A DNA stretch of 62,471 nt, the filler included, from Choristocarpus tenellus KU-1152 (taxonomy: Eukaryota; Protista; Phaeophyceae), in NCBI GenBank assembly GCA_964200185.2. It is 10 parts of 10 records of this genome, joined end to end, with 100 filler letters (N's around TTAATTAATTAA, not from the genome) between each part and the next. Parts side by side here need not be neighbours in the genome. Positions count along the whole stretch, not along the records: positions 16,808 to 26,940 come from CAXNAD020003134.1; positions 27,041 to 39,204 come from CAXNAD020001944.1; 8 more parts are not named here. One strand, 5' to 3'. Under the pieces are notes generated by a model. It saw nothing but the letters and a program-made list of their open reading frames with translations. It ran no database searches and was not told the origin of the DNA. A program made the translations under genes and the position numbers. Below, piece by piece: positions 26,795 through 39,204 of this stretch (position 1 is the stretch's first letter; every line of letters begins with the position of its first letter).

Positions 26795-27139
26795 CTTTTT
26801 CGGACAAAGAAAAAGAAAAAGAAAAAGAAAAGGTGTACGTTGTGATCAACGATCGCACGTGAAGTTTTTTTTCGGGCAAAGAGGAAAAAAATTAATAAAT
26901 AAAGCAGGAGCGGGGAAGGGGGGGGCAGGGGAAAGGACGGNNNNNNNNNNNNNNNNNNNNNNNNNNNNNNNNNNNNNNNNNNNNTTAATTAATTAANNNN
27001 NNNNNNNNNNNNNNNNNNNNNNNNNNNNNNNNNNNNNNNNCCCCCCCAGAAGTACACGAACCCCTTTCCCACGCCTAACGATAACCTGCTGCCCTGGGTG
27101 CTGCAACTTTCTCCCAGTTCCTTCTCCTTCCCAACAGAC

Positions 27140-27333
27140 CTGAAGGGTGTAAGAGCACAGCTTGAGTTCTGCCCGCATGTGCCTCCAAAGATTGAGAACA
27201 GTCCTCCCAGTGAGCCATATGCCCGATCCGTGTGTCTTGCCCCACTCATCCCTTCCATTGCGACGACTAGCCTCCAACTCCGGCGTTCTAGAGAGCAGAC
27301 GGGTCATATCCAGTCCCCCACCTGGTGCAAGCC
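27140..27333 (-). CDS. REV3: REV3 exon (LDMTRLLSRTP...DEWGKTHGSGIWLTGRTVLNLWRHMRAELKLCSYTLQ)
   Basis: It carries the GRxxLNLWRxMRxExxLxxYT motif typical of Pol zeta, with a GT donor at 27139. The acceptor is uncertain. Confidence 0.85.
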
Positions 27334-28599
27334 CCTCACACCTGGAACCACTACCTGGGCTGCTCGGACCATGAGAACCACCTCGGGGGACTCCCTAGTT
27401 GAGGGTTTGTGATTAAAGAGTGCGGGGTGAGGAGAACTGCACAGTGGAAGGGTGGGATGAAATGGACTGCCCTGATGGTAGTAGTGATATCTTAATACTC
27501 TAGAGTACATGACAAGAATCAAAGACTACCTAGCATAATCCTTGGACCATCATCCCACTAGCCACACATTCTTCCTTACCGGTAATCTCAATGTTTGCTA
27601 ACACATTGAGCCCATTATCTGGACCCCCCCTCTCACTCTATTCATATCCTCCCACTGTAGGGAGCAAGGAAAGCGGTCCAGACGATATTCAAATCCATAA
27701 CCTCTCTGATTTGTCAAGTAATGAGATGGCCGCTCAAGGAGTGCATGTGACAAAATGGGGTCATATAACGAGATGATCGCTCAAGGAGTGAACGTGACTA
27801 ATGGGGGTGATGCCCCACAGATTATGCTGGGTAGCATCCTGGCCTCTGATTCGATCAAGTATTTAGGTGAAGAAGAGGCTACAATGGTTTGAGGCAGGGT
27901 GAGAGGGGTGGGTGGTGGAGACAAGAAGGTAAGCAAAGAGGGAGGGCCGAAAAAATATGGAGCACATGTGGGTGTGGGTGAGGGTAAGATCATAGATGTG
28001 ATACATGATTTGCAGTAAGGCACTGTGCCCTCAAGTGGTGGTTGTGTTCAAGATATACGAAATTTTTATTCATGTTAATTCGGAAAAAGTAAAATCAATA
28101 TTATAGGTAAGCTATCACATTGTCAAGTGCTACTAGTGCCCTTCAGAGAGGAGGCATTTTAAAGTGGCTTTAATTACAGGTCCATACAAAGCATAGGGGT
28201 AAAGTAGGATTCAAAGTAAACCAGCACGGCAATGAAGAGGGTGTACATCAGAAGTGGAGTAGTTGGTGATCATTCCCCGCCTATCAGAGAAAGTTGTACC
28301 CTTAAATATAACCAGGGGCCGAGCATCAATTCTTTGAGTCTTCATTATCCGCCCCCTGTCACAAAGTCCAGATGCAAGCAATGTGCTAATTAATGTCTTC
28401 CAAGAAAAATCCACACCCTTCTGGGATAGCCCCTCCAACCTCCCCACTCCCCATCTCCAGCAAGATCAAGCATAACATAAACCATAACAGTAATACTAAA
28501 ATATAGAGTGTTTTACAGAATCGATAACAATATCAACAACAAAAACGCAACCATGATATAGATGATAATATAGAGGTGTAAGGAATATTGTACCAAAAA

Positions 28600-28861
28600 T
28601 GTCCGTAGTATCCTAGAGGAAGGTTCAGTCATCCCATTGTGACCCTGTAGCGATGTTCATGTCATTTGAGTGAACCTGCACATTATATGGGAGATTCCCT
28701 TCATCTGGGCGGACCTTCCTTTTCCATCCCTCTGCCTGGACCAAATGTGAAGGAAAATCACCCGCAAGATGGGCATCAAACTGGGATGTTCTAAACACTC
28801 CATCAAGCCTCAAATGGACTACCTGGGCTAAACCCCTTCCCTCTCTAGGATACTATGGGCC
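28600..28861. mobile_element. MITE family D copy (in a REV3 intron); second copy at 42917-43190
   Basis: TIR GTCCGTAGTATCCTAGAG / CTCTAGGATACTATGGGCC. The body is colinear with 42917-43190. Confidence 0.7.
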
Positions 28862-28985
28862 AAAAAAGCGGCATTTAAACCAATGCAGTAACCTACATGA
28901 AATAAACAGTCTAAAAGATGCATTCTACCTCACAATCTTACCACTTTTCCATTATAAGTAGAAGTGTCTGTCATAACAATCTCAC

Positions 28986-29900
28986 CAGGTGTGTGCCCCG
29001 CTCGATCAAGTAACCCAAGGAATCTCCTTGGACCTCCCAGCCCACAACAAAGTCAGGATCAAACCTGCGGAACACAGCTACCAACCCAAGCATCACCTCA
29101 GCCTCACTGCACACTTCCATCACCTCAACACCTTTCCCTAGACCGTGCTGAAAGGATTGCCGCCCCGGCCCCAGCCCCCCTGATCTCTTCGCATTGTCCT
29201 TCTGCCCTCCTATGCCTCTTTCCTCATCCCCACCCCCTCCTTCGCTTCCTGTTGCCCCCTGCCCACCTCCAATGAGAAAACCACCACCTTTGAACACACA
29301 GTATTCCCCAGAATCCTTGAGCTTGGCCCCACATTTCAGGCACTTGCTGCTACTCTCCTCATCTGTTTCTCCATTCCCTCCTCTTCCACCTCCCACACCA
29401 ATCTTGTTGGCACCCATACCCCTATCCAGACCAGCAATCCCAGCCCCTGTTCCACCTTGGGCAGTTGTTGCTACTGTTGGACGTTTCCATTGGCGCTGTG
29501 GGGGGGGAAGGACCACAATGCCGCTGATCTCATGCACGGTCTCACGCTCGCTGGTGGTGTATGAGTCACGAACACTCCAGCACACAGCGTGCACAGGGTC
29601 AAGCCGGGGATCTGGCTGCCGGTCCCCTCCCCCCACCTGTACATGCAACTCCATTGCCAACACTGTCAGACGGTCACCCACCCCAGTTCTTCCCCCTGAT
29701 CCTCTGGTCCCGGCTATACGGAAGGGTGCATGGGCGCTAGGATCTTCAGAGAGGGAGGAGGATGGAGTTTGGGTTGTGGGTGAGATCTGGCTCCTTGTTG
29801 GGGCTCTGTGGGGCGCCTGGGTGCGAGGCTTTAGGCCAGGGGGGGGAGGAGGTGGTGGTGGTGTTGGTGGTGGCGTCAAGGAGAGGAGGGAAGGGGGTGT
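28986..29900 (-). CDS. REV3: REV3 exon, B-family exonuclease-like domain (5' boundary approximate)
   Basis: SQIS..., LTVLAMELHV...PDPRLDPVHAVCW and FRRFDPDFVVGWEVQGDSLGYLIERG are diagnostic Pol zeta motifs. A GTGAG donor lies at 28985. Confidence 0.88.
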
Positions 29901-31092
29901 GCATGGAGATGTTAGCAAGGTCAAGGGCAGAGGTGATGGTGGGGTTCTTAAGGAAGGAATTGGGGGGCATTGGGGGTAGCAATACAATGATAGCCAGGAA
30001 TAAAATATTGTAAAATCTGTGTGGTCAAATCTGTGTGGGATTTTACCTTTCATGCTCGCAATAGAGGATGACAGCTGTGGATGTGTGAGGAAGTGTAACT
30101 ACATCTTGTCTATCATCGCTCTAATCACCACTGACGAATTGAGTTTATGTCTGCCGTATTCTGACATAATATGCTGCCAACTTGCAGTGTGGGTTAGCTA
30201 CCCAGAAAAAAGAGCCTAGCTCTCCTGCATGTCGTTGTTGCACCTAGCTCTTTGAGACAACTTGCCATTAGATATGTGGCCGACTGAACAACACCATCAC
30301 TCAACATACATACTTTTGGGGAGAGAGGAGGAGAAAGACCATTATACCTACAAGAAAAATACAATGTAGAGTGAATGGGACCCTACAACCAATCTACCTA
30401 CCAACTCAACACACTGGGGAATCAAACATTTCTTGCTTTCTTCTCCTCCATAACCAGGTGGCACCAAAACTTCATCAATCTAGCACTGTGTCAATCTGAC
30501 TTGTATAGAGTGCGTACTTTCCTCTTCCGCCTTCAAACTGGAAAATGCACTCCCCAGCCACCCACCCTTTCCTGCCTACCTTGCTTGCAATCAACCTCAC
30601 CATATCACACCCACACAAAACCACCATGTTACCAACCCCCAATCTTCACTATACTGAACAACACGCAACCAATCAAGAGGTATTAATACCAGTTGGTCTC
30701 ACCCGCAGCCAGCGTTTGTGGGAGGATGCATCAGACCTGACAACCCTAGTCCCCAAAGCACTGCAGTGCTCTCCATCCCCACCTCCGCTAGGTGAATGAT
30801 GGGCCTTGTCAAGAATGGGAGAGGCATTGTCTTGCGCAAGACCTACTGCCTCACTGCTCAGATATTTTGCATCAGGAGAAATTGACAGGAAGATGAGAGA
30901 CAAAAGGGTAGGTGGAATTCGATATTAATAGAGATTCTTGTGCTTTGTGAGAAAAACAAAGCTCTCTTCACCTATCCCTACAGAGCTCTAAATGCTTTAC
31001 TCAGTGTTTCGAAGTATTTCCTACGCATCCTCACGCACGTACAGTCACCCTTGGATAAAATCTTTCCAACACACCAAAAAAACAACTATACC

Positions 31093-31381
31093 TAAAAGGT
31101 GTCTCCAACGCAACACCTTCAGATGATGGTTGTGACAACGGGGTCAGAAAGAGGGAAGAATCTGGAACCGAATCATTAATTCCCCCTTGTTTCCCCGCCC
31201 CCGATGAAAGCCCATGAGACAGTGGCTGCTGCACCTCTAAAGTTGGCATTAGCTTGCCAGTATTGGCATCTTGGACCATAATTGTCTGGGCGAGGTAGGG
31301 TGCCCAATTCAGGATGAATAGGGTTTGGGAATGGGGGGGGGACCACGGGAGCAAGGGAAAGGTTGCAAGCAATCACTGTCC
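31093..31381 (-). CDS. REV3: Possible REV3 exon containing a second REV7-binding-like motif (IACNLSLAPVVPPP); frame and boundaries uncertain
   Basis: There is an AAG acceptor near 31382 and a PxxPPP motif at the expected position between the first motif and the exonuclease-like domain. Two overlapping frames meet around a G homopolymer at about 31333-31341. Confidence 0.35.
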
Positions 31382-33244
31382 TTTTGAATCAGGTAACGAA
31401 GTGCCATAAGGCAAGGGATAGGTTCTGGTATGGGAGATACTTCAAGGAAATATGACTTGTAGAACAGGGTAAGCTGATTTGTCAAAGTGAGATTACCACT
31501 ATTCATGGGGACTGAGAGCATTACACACCTGAATGAAGAAATGTACATTGAACAAAAAAAAAGCAATGAAGAGCAGCAGGTCACTATCACCCCCCACCCC
31601 AAAAAACAAAAGATTCCATCCCACTCCCTTCTCACAATGCCCACTCCTCTGTTCCCTCAGCCCCCCATATCAGTAGAGCTCTGCCTTTAGTGAGATGAAT
31701 GTGTATCCCTATTCTACCACTCCACACTTGACTCCACCAAACAAAAATGTATCCCACTCACCTGCCCAGAATCCTCCTCCTGAGAGCCCAGGTCACCGCC
31801 TCCCCTACACCCAAGCACCCCAAGCACATTTCTTTTTGTTTTCAACCGGGCTGGCATGTTGTGAGGCCCATCAACATCACCTAATTTCTTCTCACGGGAG
31901 ACAGTCCACTCAGAAGTCACCACCTTGTGCAAGGATCCGGAAGATTGAAAATCTTATTTGAAAATCTTACTTGAAATCTTACTTGAAATCTTACATTCTG
32001 TTCAACGGCTAAAATCATTGCACATATAGAAGTGCACGCCCTACTTTGAGTGCTTCGTTTTGAAGAGGGGGGTATTATAGTGTTGAGAAGAGTGTAAACA
32101 GCTTTGTTCACTTAAACTTACAGTCAAGAGGGAGGACAAGGAAGCATTGTCATATCTGCAATGGTATGGCCGCAGGGTTTCTCCGACTTGAAGTCAGCAC
32201 ATGATCAGCTCAAAAGAGCTAGTCACATTCACAATCACTGTCATGACCCTGGAAAGACTTCCTCAGGTCTTGGACACAATTCCTGCATTGGCAAGATAGA
32301 GCATACCTCACAGATGTGACCCAAGTGTTACCCCAATCCCTGTTGTTCCTCCTCTGACCTGGTTGTTTCGCACAGCTATCTTGAATGTGTCTTTGTGTCC
32401 AACCATGAAAATAAAAATGTAGAAATATCCACCCACCTCACTTTCACCCTTCTCACCCTCTTGAACTTCCCCCAGCCAATCTGAGAGGCACAAGCCTCAC
32501 AAAAGGCCCCGTTACGGTTGCTCAAAACTTGTGACTTTGGCTGAAAATCTCAAAAATGCGTGATCTTGACTGCTTATGCTCCCACGTGGTCAACTACTTC
32601 TAGTATGCTCCACCCATTGAGGAAGGGAAATATAGAAAATCCACTCACATGTGGTAGTGGTGGACTGAATGTCGGCTCCAGCACTACTACTCTTGGTTCC
32701 TTTCTCCTTTGAAGCTGACCTGCTGTTCTCCATTCCATCCATTGAGCTGCCTCTTTCTTCCAGTGCCTCATTCCTCTGATCATCACAGAGTGCAAATGAA
32801 GAGTGTTGCCGGGGAAAGCACTTAGCAGCGGATGAACTGGCATAATAGTTGTTCAATTGTGCTGTCTCCTACCTCACTTAGGAACCTTTACCCCTAACGA
32901 TTGAAAAGAAAGGAGCTTTTAAGCCGAAAAAAGGAACACACTCTGATTAAATCAATTTCATTTGCTGTGCTTGAAATTGAACTGAAGTGTAAACACACCT
33001 CCAAACCTATTGCTTTGTCATCTCCAGCACTATGATACTGCACATCACATAATAAATATCCCGCCAATTACTCAAACACTCAAGGATGTAGCATGATTGA
33101 TTGCACCTCCACCCTCCTAACCTTTCCTTTCTCCCACCACAGTCTCCACACGGCACATCCTCCCCAACTTCTCTGACCCACTTAATGTTACCCAGGGGTC
33201 TCTCAACCCCCACCCTGTAACACCTGCTCCCTCCATGTACTCAC

Positions 33245-33831
33245 TGATAGACATGCGTTGGTGCTTCGCATCTCCTGCCATGATGCTGACTGCCACTGCC
33301 AAGGATAGAAGCAGAGCCAGAGAACCCCCAGTCCCCTCCTCTCTCAGCTTTATCAATCTCTTCCACCCCTCCTCCATCCTCTCCACCCCCGCTCTCAAGT
33401 ATAGATCTGCCACTCCTTTGTTCTTGTTGGAAAGACAAGCTTGCACCACTGTCAATCCCCGAGCATCCCTTCTCCCAGCCATGACCACTATTGTCCACAT
33501 TATACTCCATCACCGAGTCCTGATCAGATTGACCGGGATGCTTGTCCTTGCTCAAGGCTATCAGCTCAGAGATGACGGCTGGGGAAGATACTGGACAGAG
33601 AAGAGGTGCCTCCCTGCTAAGAATGGGTGCTTCACCGGGTGTGGATTTATACCCTAGAGTTGACGGAGGGAAGTATTGACCCGCTGCCTGAGCTGGCCTA
33701 GGATACTGCATGCCGTGGGAGGGAACTAATCCAGAGCTTGGTACGGATGAACCCTGGCTTCTCCAATGGGCATCTGCTGCAATTACCTGAGCCTTGTGCA
33801 GAATGCAGCGAGACGGAAAAGTGTCCAACTC
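33245..33831 (-). CDS. REV3: Probable REV3 exon (ELDTFPSR...); donor at either 33786 or 33244
   Basis: A TAG acceptor at 33832 is in phase with the previous exon and opens a 195-aa low-complexity frame. There are two candidate GT donors. Confidence 0.5.
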
Positions 33832-34237
33832 CTACAACTCCACCAAAGCATCAGCATATGAGCAGGAAGAAATATTGATGATAAGTGGAGGGGGATAGTA
33901 GCAGGGCAGGGTGAGGTGCCAATCAGCAGCTCTCAGATGTTGACATTGTGTGTATGCACATTTGTGAAGGAGGTAATGGAGGGGAGGTCATCGTGGGGGA
34001 GAAAATGCATAGTACTTGTTTTTCTCTCCACTCAACTGGAAGCAGTCCATCATAGCATGGACTCTAGAAGACAATTGCATCCCAGGTAATAAAGTGGAAT
34101 CATTCACTACTTAAAAGTTATGCATAGTATCGTGTGTTTCTGGGGGTGGTGGTGGTGGTGGTGCTCAAATTGTGTACACAGGAGATAGATAAGTATAGGC
34201 CTCACTCACTCCACTACTACTGTCCAAGGGCAACTAT

Positions 34238-34400
34238 TCCCAATATTGTGTCCAGCAGGTACTGCAACTCAAACACTAATGAGAACAATTCACCAGTGAG
34301 TTATAACAAATCTACAATCATGTCCAATATTGTGTCCAACAAGTACCGCAACTCAAACACTAATGAAAACAATCAATCAGTCAGTTGTAACTAATCTACG
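34238..34400. repeat. About 84-bp tandem duplication in a REV3 intron
   Basis: CCAATATTGTGTCCA.CA.GTAC.GCAACTCAAACACTAATGA occurs twice. Confidence 0.8.
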
Positions 34401-34420
34401 GACCATGAGAGCAAACTCAC

Positions 34421-34525
34421 CTCCAAGTCATCCCTGTGTCGGATCCGAAACACTGTGCCACCTAGTTCTCTTGTCTGAGAAGGTACATCGTCTGGCCTAC
34501 TATAGAATGGCTCCACATGTACAAC
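34421..34525 (-). CDS. REV3: REV3 exon (VVHVEPFYSRPDDVPSQTRELGGTVFRIRHRDDLE)
   Basis: 105 nt with AG acceptor and GTGAG donor, phase 0 at both ends. It matches the conserved REV3 EPFxSxPxDVP...RExGG motif. Confidence 0.85.
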
Positions 34526-34877
34526 CTTCAAGGTTGGAAAAGGGAAGTCGACGGAGGTAATATTTATGTTGTGCGTGTGATATGTGAGTGAAAAGGTGAA
34601 TGGGTGTGCATTTGGCTGTGTATACTCGAGCCCTTTCTTCTTTTTCCACTAGAAAATAGCACCACCATAATCTTGTTGCAGAGACTTGGACTTCCAAAGC
34701 ATTATCAAGGCAATAGGAATTTGACAAGGTAGAACAAACCACACAAATCTCAATTCTTGTTCCCAAAGCATGCACTGAAGAGGTTCTCTCTGAGATTTCA
34801 AATTGTCTACCACACCCATCCACAAAAAGCCTTCCAAATCACCACAAGCAGCGCCTGTGGTGCAAATAAAGTCTTAC

Positions 34878-37800
34878 CTGGGCCACTCCAAGGCGCTTTA
34901 GTGCCTCAGATGATTCCTTGGGAAGAGGGGGACTTAGACATGGTTTTAACACCACCGTTCTGTGTACTTGACCTGCAACACAGAGTGATGAGGTTTGGTA
35001 ATAATGCTGTTGCTCTTGGTGCAACTGCCTCGATTGTGTTGAATATCGTGTTGAGGCTGACGGTACTGAAAATCCGGTCCACCTGTGGCTTGATCCTTTG
35101 TCTGGGATTGGAGGCTGTCCATAGGTTCTGGTGTCGTCTACACTAGCTCTTTTTTCGTACTTTGCTGGCGGATTCTCTGGGCAAAAGAGCCGTGCAGGAA
35201 GGGGCAAGGAGGGCGAATTAACCCCCAATGGCGCTTCTGGGTCTGGTTCCACTTCAGAAAGTTTTCCTTCATTGACACTATTTATATGACTAGCACTATT
35301 GCTGTCTCTAACACTGTCATCACCAAGGCTGTCTACATGTCTCGTTTGACCAGCAGAATGATGATCACTAGCAGAATGATGACCATGGTTAATGAAGCTG
35401 CCCTGTCCAAGTAGACGGGGGGAGGCTATAGAAGTCTGAGTGCTACCTGAGAGCAGAGTTGGAGATGATGCACGTGTCTGCAAGGACAAGGCCGGTGATG
35501 GTGGGGTATATGCTGGCTCTGATAATCTCACCAAGGAAATTTTTGCATCCTCTACAGCTGCCACCTTTGCTCTGTTTGCCACCAAACCTGAAGTACTGGG
35601 GGTGCGCGGGCCAGCAGATGAGCCCCCTGTATTTCCTATCTCTTCTCTCATCACCCATCTCTTTCCATCCTTCTCATGGGGAGTGCTGCTGTCTGTGGCC
35701 TTGACTGACACCATCTCTGGTGCAGTCCGTGGTGGAAGAGAAGTCTCTGTTGCTGTTGCTGTTGCTGTGTTCACTAAGTCTGCCGCCCTACAATCATCTT
35801 CAGGCCGTAGAGCTTCAAATGTGCAAGGTTGTGAGGTATCTTCTAACGTAGAGCAATACTCATCCTCCGAGGAGATGCCAGAGTCCTCAGACATTGCAAC
35901 AGTGGGTATCACTTGCATCGCTCCAAGGCTACCATGCTTCAAGTTAACCTCACGGTCAAGAGAGGCATGGGCATCCCCCAAGCCTTGTCCAACTGGCATT
36001 CGATGGGTGACTCCTCCAACAGTCTCAGTATCTGGGCAATCCATCGCAGTAAGTTTAGTTCTAGTTCCTGCTTCTGCTTCGTTGGAACACCTCAGTTCTG
36101 GTCCTTGTCCAGAATATTCCTCTGATGCCCTCATTCCCCCCTCAGCAAGTTCATCTGTCTCGACCTGGGGTCCTTTGTGAGCCTTGCTTGTTTCGTCTGC
36201 CACAAATTGTACAATCTTGAGAGTACCTACATTGAGCTGTTCCCCATCCTTAGCAGCATCTGCAGTCTTCACCGCCACTAACTCCTCCCCAGCCTCCTCT
36301 TCATTCATTGCTTGCTCCCATTTGATTTTACGCTTGTCTGAGGTCCCTTTGTCCCCCCCTGGCCCTCTGTCCCCTCTAATTGTTACTCCCACCCCACCTT
36401 CTCCTGCTCCTTCCACCTCTTCATCTGCAGTAGCTTGAGAATAGAAAGTCCGATCCTTTGACTCACATACAGCAATGCCCACTGGGTTGATACTGGGGGA
36501 AGAAGAGGGAGAAGTATGAGATGCATGGGCAACCACCGGGTACATCAAAGGAGCAAGATCAGTGCCTGCCTCTGCCCTCAAACTTGACCCTCTGGTGGTT
36601 AAGAGTCCATACACTGTGGCCTTGTTGGTGTTCTTCTCAGTCAATCTTAAGCGACTCTGCTTCCCTGTCTCCCTCACATTGTCTTTGACTTTGCCTCTAT
36701 CTGTACTGGAATGTTTTGCCCTTGGCCATGTACCTGGGATGGTACCATCGTTTACACCACATGCAGAGGGTATGGGTGTTGCACCTGAATCTGCTGGAAA
36801 ATTGGGTGTTCGATTGGTGGTGGCAACAATGGAAACAACAGCAGGAATGGCGAGGGTGGGTATGGATATAGCACTAAAAGAAATGCCAGGAGAAGAGAAA
36901 TGGGGTGGACAGGCTGAGGCAGAATATGGTGCAAGGACAGGGCAAGGGGCAGAAACTGGGACAACTGAGGTCGCTTCCTTTACTGGATGGGTCGATGCCC
37001 CGCGCTCTTTCCTCTTTTTAACGTTTGCACCATTGGTTCCCATACTAGACTCCTGCCTTCCTTTATTCTCTTTGCACATATTCCTGCCCTCGAAACTACT
37101 CTTTCTGTCCTCACCCCTGCCTCCACTGCCCTCCATTTTTTTTTCATCTTGCACTGTCCGGGGTGCCACTCTTTGAGTACCCTGACCAACACCCAGGTGG
37201 CTTGTGACAGTGCCGCAGTGGCATGCAGCAGTTGTCATATTGCACTCCAATGGTGCAGGAAATCCTATAGGCCCTGAGTCAATATTATTTGGAGTAGTTG
37301 GCTCGCCACTCCCCTTACCATCACCATCTGCTTTTGACAGGGTCTGGCGCTTTATTGAACGGCTTTTCTCCACAAATTCCAAGTGATCCCACTGCTCTCG
37401 ATCATATCCCCCCTCCCTGATATTTCTGTCAGGGTTGTTGCTACCTTTGCTGTTCTTGATACTGCTTCTAGGCCGGGTGCCAGAGACATGACCATCACTG
37501 GTCTTACCAGACATACCACCATGACGTAGGGAACACATGGTATGACCAACACCTGAGATATCCCTAGCAACTGTACTGGTGGAAGGATGTGATGGGGTGG
37601 GGGAAAGATCCCAGGTGATGGAAGCACTTGTGGAAACCTTGGACTCTCTTTGTGATGCTATCTCTTTCATCATCGTTTTCGCGTTGTCCATGAGAGTTCC
37701 ACTCCCTGATGTGTTGCTGCCGAACCTTGAGTCGCCTTGTGTTGTCTTAACACTGTTGCTGACCCTTTCAAAGTCAACACAACGATGTGTACCATGAGAA

Positions 37801-39204
37801 GAATTCATGGACTTCTCCTCCTTCCCTTCCCTTGGGAACACTTCGTGGGTCATGCTTGTTTTCCTCCTCCTTTCTTCCCTCCCCGCTGCCCGGCCTTTCC
37901 TGCCCTCCTCCCTGCATTCAACAGCGCCCTTGCTGTCCCCACCATGTCTGTCACAACCTCTAACCCCACAAAAATGGTTTTGAGTCCCAATTGTGACACC
38001 GCCTGACAACCCGACTCTCCTCTCCTCTCTTCTTGCTTCACCCTTTCCCTCATTTGTTCTTCCAACCAACACAATGCCAATTTCAGTTCCTGCGCCTATG
38101 CTTGTGTCAGTATTGGTGCTAGACTCTAAGCCAGGAGCTAGCTTCGAAGTGGGAGTATTAGAGGTGGCGATAATACGGTGATTGGTAGTACCTTGGACTT
38201 GGGAGGTCAGTTTACTCCGCTTGGGTGGAGCACTAGCACTGGCAGAGTTGTCAGGACGGGGGAGTGAGGTCGGGAAGCAGCCTGAGACTACTTGGAGTTC
38301 CTTCGCCTGAGTGTAGACCACAGCATGGAGTCCCCGAGAAAAATCCCCAGTTTCTGTGATCTGGGAGCCCCCACGCCTATCCGTGCCACTGCCTGGGCCT
38401 TGGCTGCATTTGTCAAGACTATCAGCACAAAGCTTGTTATTGCCAGGGAAACATTTTCCACTCTTGCCACCTTTGCTGCTCACGTCTTGCCCTGCACCCC
38501 ATTCTTGTGAGCCCAGGATATTGTGTCCTCCACAACGACTAATTTCATCACATTTGAAGTCCTTCCAGGTCACTCCATTCCCTCGTTCAGCTACTTGTGT
38601 GCCCCTGGATCCCACCCCATCTCTACTTTTACAACTATCACCACCCTTGGGGGCTGAGCCAGGCTTGTTTTGGCTGGCATTGTCTGCACTGGCACCAAAG
38701 GTCCCTGCACAGGCACCTTCCCCAGCTCCACTGCTGCTTCCCTTGGAGCAATGATGACTCCCACTGACAGGAAGGGAATGATTGACTGAAGCTTGTCGTG
38801 GGCGCTTGAACTTTGCCCCCACAAAAGGGTAAGAGTGTGATCTACTACACAGGCCACCTAGGATGACTGTGGTGCCTGTGGCGGCTGTTGGGGTAGGGAG
38901 GAGGGTGGTGGAAAGAGTTGCATGTTCACTGCCAGGATTGGTGGGGGCCATTGAAGAGGAAGGACTCCTTGCCACCTTATTTGATTCCGGCCTATCTTGG
39001 GTGTGAGCTGATGAGAGGTGAGGGTGGGCCATCTGATCCATAATATTTGCTTGGGGTACGGAAGGGGGTAACGGTGGGGAACAGTGTCCTTGAGGCAGGG
39101 CCTGAAGGTGGGGTATGGAGAAGGGTAGAGGATGGGGAGGGGGTTGCAAGGGTTGGGGGTGTCGGGGAGGCAAGGTGCTCGTGGTGCGATGGGCTTGAGG
39201 AAGG
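34878..39204 (-). CDS. REV3: REV3 (DNA polymerase zeta catalytic subunit) giant low-complexity exon; 5' boundary at or beyond the gap
   Basis: The 1444-aa open frame ends VVLKPCLSPPLPKESSEALKRLGVAQ at a GTAAG donor (34877). This matches the REV7-binding motif region of REV3L (ILKPLMSPP-like) and splices in phase 0 to the next conserved exon. Confidence 0.75.

Noticed and set aside
33117-33500. Ankyrin-like string RDARGLTVVQACLSNKNKGVADLYLRAG
   Set aside because: It is a single degenerate match in an alternative frame of a probable REV3 exon, so likely chance.
35440-38754. Several long plus-strand ORFs (246, 204 and 132 aa), plus 29194-29979 and 12344-12823
   Set aside because: They are antisense shadows of the REV3 and HSP20 coding exons.
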